A stretch of DNA of 64,000 nucleotides from Octopus vulgaris (lineage: Eukaryota): assembly GCA_951406725.2 (NCBI GenBank), contig OX597822.1, forward strand, positions 101,556,001-101,620,000. Reading direction: 5' to 3'. The position numbers were made by a program, and so were the translations under genes. Below are positions 56,512 through 64,000 of this stretch, piece by piece; the first letter of the stretch is position 1; every line of letters starts with the position of its first letter. A model generated the notes under the pieces. The model was not told the DNA's origin. It made no database searches and saw only the letters and a list, made by a program, of their open reading frames with translations.

Positions 56512-56900
56512 TGGAAGCACTCCGTCGGTTACGACGACGAGGGTTCCGGTTGATCCGAATCAACAGAACAGCCTGCTCGTGAAATTAACGTGTAAGTGGC
56601 TGAGCACTCCACAGACACGTGTACCCTTAACGTAGTTCTCGGGGATATTCAGCGTGACACAGAGAGTGACAAGGCCAACCCTTTGAAATACAGGTACAAC
56701 AGAAACAAGAAGTAAGAGTGAGAGAAAGTTGTGGTGAAAGAGTACAGCAGGGATCACCACCATCCCCTGTCGGAGCCTCGTGGAGCTTTTTAGGTGTTTT
56801 CGCTCAATAAACACTCACAGCGCCCGGTCAGGGAATCGAAACCGCGATCCTATGACCGCGAGTCCGCTGCCCTAACCACTAGGCCATTGCGCCTCCACTG
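56512..56900 (-). mobile_element. tRNA-derived SINE (Ceph-SINE-like) with 10-bp TSD
   Basis: Head gtggaggcgcaatggcctagtggttagggc...gtttcgattccc; TSD tatattgtag at 56502-56511 and 56901-56910. Confidence 0.9.
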
Positions 56901-57353
56901 TATATTGTAGATAATGATGGTGAAGGTGGATCTCTGTCGATCGATGCTGAGGAATCGTTTGTTCTAACAACTGAATGACCTGTTCCAGAATTGGTTTCTA
57001 ATTGATTCAGCATTCCTCAGACATAAACAAAAACGATAATGATGACGATGATGATGAGGATGAGGAGGAGGAGAAAGAAGTGGAGGAGGAGAATGAGACG
57101 ATGATGATAAAGAGGATGAGACAATGAGGATAAGGAGAATGGTGAGGAGGAGGAGGAGGAGAAGGAGAGAAAGAGAGGAAGATAGGGAGGAGAAAGAGAG
57201 GAAGGAGAAGGGAGGGAGTCTGCTACTTGTTTCATTGTCTATTTTCAGCGGATCACCACGTTACAAGGACGAAAAGAAACTTTCACCGGTTTTCAAGCGC
57301 GGTGGTGGGAACAAACCCAAAGGCACGCATACACACATTCACATACACACACA

Positions 57354-57420
<67 letters not shown>

Positions 57421-57697
57421 TTTGGAAATCAGTGAATGTATTTCACTAGAATTCTTATAGGTTTGCAAAGGCTAGATAGGCATCTCCAAATAGCTGGCCA
57501 TGCTAGTCCAGACTGATAGCGAGCAAAGACTCAGAAACTAGTCTCTGACTGCAGGCTTAGCAGGGTGGAGGTGCTTATCTCCCCCCTTGCAAACACAAGG
57601 ACACAGGAAATGTGCCAAGGCCGACAGAAAGCTGCTTCCTAGGGCTAAATAGCAGTAGTACTATTCCTTCATGGGACTGTCACATTACGTTGACAGT

Positions 57698-57746
<49 letters not shown>

Positions 57747-57756
<10 letters not shown>

Positions 57757-58272
57757 TAAATTAGAGATAAAACCACTATTAGGCAAATCAAACAATGAAA
57801 AACTTAAGCCAATACATAAAATTAATTAATTTATATTATTTTAAATATATATCAAAAGTATTAAAAGTTTAATAAAAGATAATGAGTAAAACACTACGAT
57901 CGTTTCATAGCTGTCCAATTCGTAATAATTCGAGTTATGGTTACAGTCAATCTTCAGGTAAGGTAAATATTTCAATTACCTGAAGATTGACTGTAACCAT
58001 AACTCGAATTATTACGAATTGGACAGCCATGAAACGATCGTAGTGTTTTACTCATTATCTTTTATTAAACTTTTAATACTTTGATATATATTTAAAATAA
58101 TATAAATTAATTAATTTTATGTATTGGCTTAAGTTTTTCATTGTTTGATTTGCCTAATAGTGGTTTTATCTCTAATTTAATATAATATAATATTTTACTA
58201 TAAAATTGGATTCAATCCTAAATCTGATTTTTCCCTGTAAGTTTGGATTTATTCCCTAATATTTTATTATTT
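57747..58272 (+). mobile_element. ~440-bp palindrome (57747-58189) with hammerhead-like core; Penelope-like inverted terminus
   Basis: ~215-bp arms, 14-nt spacer 57962-57975; the right arm extends a further ~80 bp; (TA)n on both sides. Confidence 0.75.
57976..58046 (+). ncRNA. Minimal type I hammerhead ribozyme-like motif
   Basis: tac-CTGAAGA-ttgactgt...acagccat-GAAAC-gatc-GTA-gtg; palindromic stem III ACGATCGT; stem II closing pair is a T-T mismatch. Confidence 0.6.
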
Positions 58273-58293
58273 ATATATATATATATATATACA

Positions 58294-58673
58294 CTTTTAC
58301 TCTTTTACTTGTTTCAGTCCTTTGACTGCGGCCATGCTGAAGCACCGCCTTTAGTCGAGCAAATCGACCCCAGGACTTATTCTTTGTAAGCCTAGTACTT
58401 ATTCTATCGGTCCATCCTGCCGAACCGCTAAACCACGCGACGCAAATACACCAGCATCGGCTGTCAAGCGATGTTGGGGGGACAAACACAGACATACAGA
58501 CACACGCACGCACACACATATATATACATATATATATATACGATGGGCTTCTTTCAGTTTCCGTCTACCAAATCCACTCACGGCTTTGGTCGGCTCGAGG
58601 CTATAGTAGAAGATACTTGCCCAAGCTACTTACCAAGCTACTTACCAAGCTACTTACCACACAGCCACTCCTG
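58294..58673 (-). mobile_element. OR-like SINE with a head deletion and a 12-bp triplication
   Basis: (caagctacttac)3 at ~58622-58657. Confidence 0.85.
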
Positions 58674-59989
58674 TATATATATTTCGCTTAGGCATTGCGA
58701 GACAAATAACCAGGGGTAGAACTCAATATACGTATGCTTCAGAACGAATTCTTGACGAGTATAAAGAGTTAATAAGAAAATCAAATGACAAAGAAAAAAG
58801 AAAAGTTTACGTTATGAACTTCATTAGCTTACAGCCGTTTCTGCTATCGAGTGGAGTGGACTTATAGTTTAGTGCCTGAATAGCACCCTATAGTTTCATT
58901 GGAGCCTCGATTATGAAGTGTATTTATACTCGAGGAAGGATGACAAGCAACGTTCACCTCAGGAGGATTTCAACTAAAAAACGAAGAGCCTTAATTAAAT
59001 AATACAAGACATTTTCATAAAAGATTTAACTATATTCAGTGCACTTTATCTTCCATTATAATGGCGTCTGATTCAGGCAGAAACAGTCAATAAGGAAATA
59101 AATGGGGAGAACCCTGGCATTAATAATTCCGTCCCTTATTGCTGACCTCAGTATTTGATGGTACCGGAGTCGATGGCATTGCCCACGAAAAGATGAAAAG
59201 CAAAGGGGAACCCAAGGGGATTGAAACCGGAAAGCATGAAGGCGGAAGAAATAGTACATGAGATATTATATGACAATGCAACAATTCTACCAATATGCAG
59301 ACTTCCATAACTGAATATTGAAAAAGTAGCAAAAATTGATTCATCATGTGATGTCAGCAAAAACTTTCGATAAAAACCACCCACGATAATCATGCGAATT
59401 CTTCGTCATTTTCAATACGAAAATATAGCAGAAACTTTGGAAATCTGAAAGAAATCTGTAGAAAAAATTCACAACCATAAAAATTCACTAGAAATACAAT
59501 AAAAAAACTACACAAAAAAAACCATAAAAGATATATAAATTAGACTGCAGCAATTTCGAATTAAATGTTAGTGAGAAAAGGAATTTTCTCTAACTGTACC
59601 GTGTAGAAATTTATGGCTTAATGACAATTTTAGCCAAAGGCGTATGTAACTATACATAATTATTTATCGTCCTTTTTGAGTTGCAGTGTGTACATTAATA
59701 CATTTATACATACATACGCACATACATATTTTAATTTTGGGCATTATCAGGAAATAGACGACACAGAGCAGCAGGAATGAAGGTCCTTCGAAAAATGCTC
59801 AGAGCGGATACTGATATAAAATCTGGTTCTCATATCAGAGTCTTCATGTGTGAAAAAGATAGTAGGATGTAGTGAAAGGTGTTACAGATTCGTCTGAGGT
59901 AAATTGATGATGATAATATTTGTGTGTGTATACACATATGCAAATATATATTTATACAAGCATATGCATATATAAATATATATGCAAAT

Positions 59990-60060
<71 letters not shown>

Positions 60061-60064
<4 letters not shown>

Positions 60065-63000
60065 GCAAACAATTGTCCGGCAGCTAACCTGGCTACACCA
60101 AGCACAGAGAAGGAACCCTGCCCACCACTATGCAAGACCACCACATTCAACAGACACGGGATGGCCTCCCCTAACGCCTGCACAGCCGTCACCCCAATAC
60201 TTTTACTAAATATTGGGGGCCTGTTGCATCAAAATAGAACCAAAATTTCTTTTTTGAGAGATCTTACTGCATGCAATCAAGCCCTATGCATAGCACTTGT
60301 GGAAACTCACCTCAACCCTGATATATAGGACGCAGAAGTACACATACCAAACTATGGCATACTGCGAACAGACAGAAGGGAAAGGAGCCATAGTGGAGTT
60401 GCTGTAAACATCCGAGATGACCTCACACCCCAGCTCTTAATGACATACTCAAATACGGTATGTGACATTTTAATTGTATACATAAGACAACATAATATAG
60501 TCATATGCAATACATATTGCTCACCGGATGTCCCAAATCATGCAGGCAAGTTTGAAGATTGCCTCACAAGAATTAAAGAAATCCTCATGATCCTGGAACA
60601 CCACGTGACCATATTTCTTATGGGTGATTTCAACTTCCCCAACGTCAAATGGCTCGAAGGTCACATACTCTCAGGAAGGAATCATTGCAAGCAAGTACAG
60701 GTGGAGTCCCTGCTCAACCTCACCAATGCCTTATTCATGGAGCAAGTTGTACTCAAGCCAACTAGGGCGAATAACATTCTGGATCTCTGCTTCACGAACA
60801 ATATGGACATCATTCATGATGTGAAAGTGACACCGACATCAGTTTCGGATCACAACATAATAGAGCTGTCTATGTTTGGGCCAAAAGTAACCAGAGACAT
60901 ACAGCCTAAAGGAAGCACCCGAAATCTCTCCAATCTGAACTTCCACAAAGCAGATTGGAAATCGATTCAAAAAGATCCTCAGAGAGGACTGGCCGGAATG
61001 TCTCTCCACACCAGACATTGACATGAAACTAGAATGTTTCATGTCTTCTGTGCAAGCCGTATGCCAGAAATATGTCCCAGAGCACAAAGCCAAAACAAAT
61101 AGGAGCAAGATTCTAAGAGACAGGAAGATCCTCATGAGACGACGGACGAAGGTTGCAAATCGTCTCAACCAACATCCCAAAAGTAGCGAAACATCCCGCC
61201 TAAAAACAACACTGATGGAGATCGAAAAAAGGCTGCAACAATCCTATGTGAAGGAGAAAGCAGACAAAGAAGCCTTGGGTTATAAAAAATATTAAATCAA
61301 ACCCAAAGGCCTTCTTTCATTACGCGAAAGAAACAGTCTCAGTGCACTGCAAGATAGGACCCCTCCTCCAAAAGGATGGCTCTCTCACAGACAGTCCAAC
61401 TAAGATCAGTGAGATGCTGAATGACCAGTTCAAAAGTGTCTTTACCACCCCGTCGGAACACAGACAAGTGAACGAACCAGTGGACTTCTTTGCCGCCTCA
61501 CCTATAACCAGCGAGGCGGTTACAATAGAATATATTGACATTAGCGAAAAAGATGTCCTACTAGCCGTAGATGAAGTGGACACAAACTCAGCTGCTGGTC
61601 CAGATGGTTTCCCAGCCATCCTCCTCAAAGCGTGTAAGCATGCCCTGGCAAAACCCCTCAATATTCTCTTCCAGAGCTTTCTTGCGAATGGCAAACTGCC
61701 AAGCAAGCTGAAGGAGAGAATAATATGCCCAAATACATAAAGGGGGGGAGTAGAGCAGATGCCCAAAACTATAGGCCTATCTCTCTGACTTCACACATCA
61801 GCAAAGTCATGGAACGGATAGTCAGAAAGAAACTAATCGCATTCCTTGAGGAAAATAACATGCTGAGTGATACCCAGCATGGTTTTCGACCTGGTAGGAG
61901 CTGCCTGACCCAGCTCTAACAACATTATGACTGAGTGTTGAGGCAGTTACTCAACAAATCAAATGTGGACGTAATCTACCTTGATTTTGCAAAAGCTTTT
62001 GACAAGGTGGATCATGGTATGATATGCCACAAACTGCGTGACCTCGGCATAGCTGGAAAACTTGGAGTGTGGTTACATGACTTCCTGAAAGATAGGAGTC
62101 AGGCAGTAGTGGTTAATGGAGCCACCTCTATGAACACACAAATAGTGAGCGATGTTCCACAGGGCACTGTCTTGGGACCACTGCCCTCTCAGATATGCCC
62201 ACAAATGCCCGGATAGCCACTCTGGCCAGCTATGCAGACGATACAAAAGTCTCGCAGAAAATACAGAACCTCAGTGATGTTGCACACTGCAGCAGGAGTT
62301 GGACTCAATCTACAGATGGACTGAGGATAATAATATGCAGTTTAATGCTGAAAAATTCCAGGCCCTGCGCTACCAGCATCCAAAACTGAATATTAAACTT
62401 ACAGGATACACCGGTCCACAGGGAATTTCAATCCCAGAGCCTAAGTCTGTGAGGGACCTGGATATCGACATTAGTGATGATACCTCTTTCCAAGTGCACA
62501 TTACCAGGATGGCGACAAAGTGCAGACGACTGGCTGGGTGGATCCTAAGAACATTCAGAACCAGAGATAAGGAAGCCATGATAGTTCTCTGGCGAACATT
62601 CGTCCTCAGCCGCCTGGATTACTGCTCACATCTATGGTCACCCACCAGTGTAAAATTAACAGCGGATCTTGAAGCAATCCAGAGAAGATTCACAAAGAAG
62701 ATCGTCTCTTTGCAACAGCTCAGCTACTGGGAAAGGTTGAAACAGCTAAGACTCTACTCACTGGAGAGAAGACGGGAGAGGTATGCAGTAATATATGTCT
62801 GGAAGATCCTGGAAGAAATTGTGCCAAATGTTGGCATTGTAAGCTACACCAGTGCTAGAACGGGACGACACTGCATAGTGCCAAAGATCCCAGCAATGCC
62901 ATCACGCTTCAGGACCAGCTTCTGTAACAGTCTGGGTTTCAAGGGCCCACAGCTTTTTAATATTCTCCCAAAGAGTCTCAGGAACTTGCACAAAGTGGAT

Positions 63001-63210
63001 GTAGCGGTTTTTAAATCAAAGCTGGATATCTTCCTGTCAAGAGTCCCAGATGAACCTACCTCACGGCAAGAGGTGCAAATGAGAGTAGCTATATCAAACT
63101 CCATTCTTCACCAAGTGCCACATATTAGACGAGGTTCTTCGCAATAACAGTGAAGTACAAAACGGCGGTGCATCAGCATGGCCGCAGCTCTGAGCTGAAA
63201 CTAGAAAAAA
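60061..63210 (+). mobile_element. APE-RT LINE (CR1/L2-group-like), ORF2 pseudogene
   Basis: APE: LNIGGL, LVETHL, GDFNFP, LDLCFTN, SDHNII. RT: GPDGFP, NYRPISLTS, QHGFRPGRSC, YLDFAKAFDKVDH, VPQGTVLGP, YADDTK. Several stops and frameshifts; starts at (TA)n. Confidence 0.92.
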
Positions 63211-63326
63211 ATATATTTTAGATTTGCTTCTTAGCTTTTACACTTGGTTTCAAATACTAGAGTCTCGAAATCCATACTCCACGATTCTAAGCCATGTGTC
63301 AAGTAACCGAGTATTGAATTGAATAT

Positions 63327-63417
<91 letters not shown>

Positions 63418-63545
63418 CAATGTGTACGTGTCTGAGTGTGTATGCATATATATTGAGAGAGAAATTGAAAGAGATATGGATATTCGGACGTGGAGTACGT
63501 CATTAAACAGGTAGTACTAGTAGTAGTAGTAGTAGTAGCAGTAAC

Positions 63546-63622
<77 letters not shown>

Positions 63623-63636
63623 TAATAATAATAATG

Positions 63637-63671
<35 letters not shown>

Positions 63672-63689
63672 TAATCATTTTTTTCTCTT

Positions 63690-63865
63690 ATAAGCAGAAG
63701 TCCTGAAATTTGTGGTTCAAGAACTAGTCTATGACATCGATCCCAGTGCTTAACTGATGTCTATTTGTTCGACTCTGAATGAATGAAACCCAAAGTCAAC
63801 CAGGACGGAACTTGAACTCAGAACGTAAAGACTGACGAAATGCCGCTAAGACTTCTGCCAGCTGG
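63690..63865 (-). mobile_element. Nin-domain-type SINE (decayed)
   Basis: gaactcagaacgtaaagactgacgaaatgccgctaag resembles the reverse complement of the 41728 family. Confidence 0.6.
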
Positions 63866-64000
63866 CAGAGATCAACTGGATTCCCCTATTCAGGTCGTAC
63901 GAATTTTCTCACGTCATCCCGCCAACATTCGATCCAGATAAATGCGCTTCTCTTGAAATGAGGAGAGAGTGAAAAGTAGAGAGCAGCGATGTAGAACTTT

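Noticed and set aside
56825-56900. tRNA gene
   Set aside because: It is the tRNA-like head of a SINE, continuous with the SINE body and bounded by a TSD; the same applies to the other SINE heads.
59056-59393. Possible host exon (overlapping 67-81 aa ORFs)
   Set aside because: No recognisable domain and no clear splice context; it cannot be supported without homology or RNA data.
60061-63147. Active LINE ORF2 or domesticated RT gene
   Set aside because: Multiple in-frame stops and frameshifts.

Overview
This is AT-rich, microsatellite-saturated eukaryotic DNA. The SINE families and repeat landscape look like a cephalopod (octopus-type) genome, which is my inference rather than a database result. 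I find no convincing host protein-coding exon, and most ORFs in the track are translated microsatellites. The window holds: (i) two decayed full-length mariner elements and several Tc1/pogo-type MITEs; (ii) a dense cluster of R4/Dong-clade RLE non-LTR retrotransposons, about 5-6 families, all sitting in (TAA)n, one with an almost intact RT-CCHC-RLE; (iii) seven copies of a ~557-bp non-coding (TAA)n-targeting passenger element; (iv) an APE-RT LINE (CR1/L2-like) whose 3' tail is shared with the commonest SINE; (v) several tRNA-derived SINE families, a Tx1/L1 relic and a Helitron-like element; (vi) non-coding elements in (TA)n carrying hammerhead-ribozyme-like cores, including two long near-perfect palindromes and a 506-bp tandem array whose unit appears to fold into a multi-hairpin RNA. 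The leading candidates for something new are this retrozyme/Penelope-like structured-RNA system, with a shared stem-GCCA(C)TT-hairpin motif, and recurrent fold-back (tail-out palindrome) insertions of Dong elements. All alignments and folds were done by eye.
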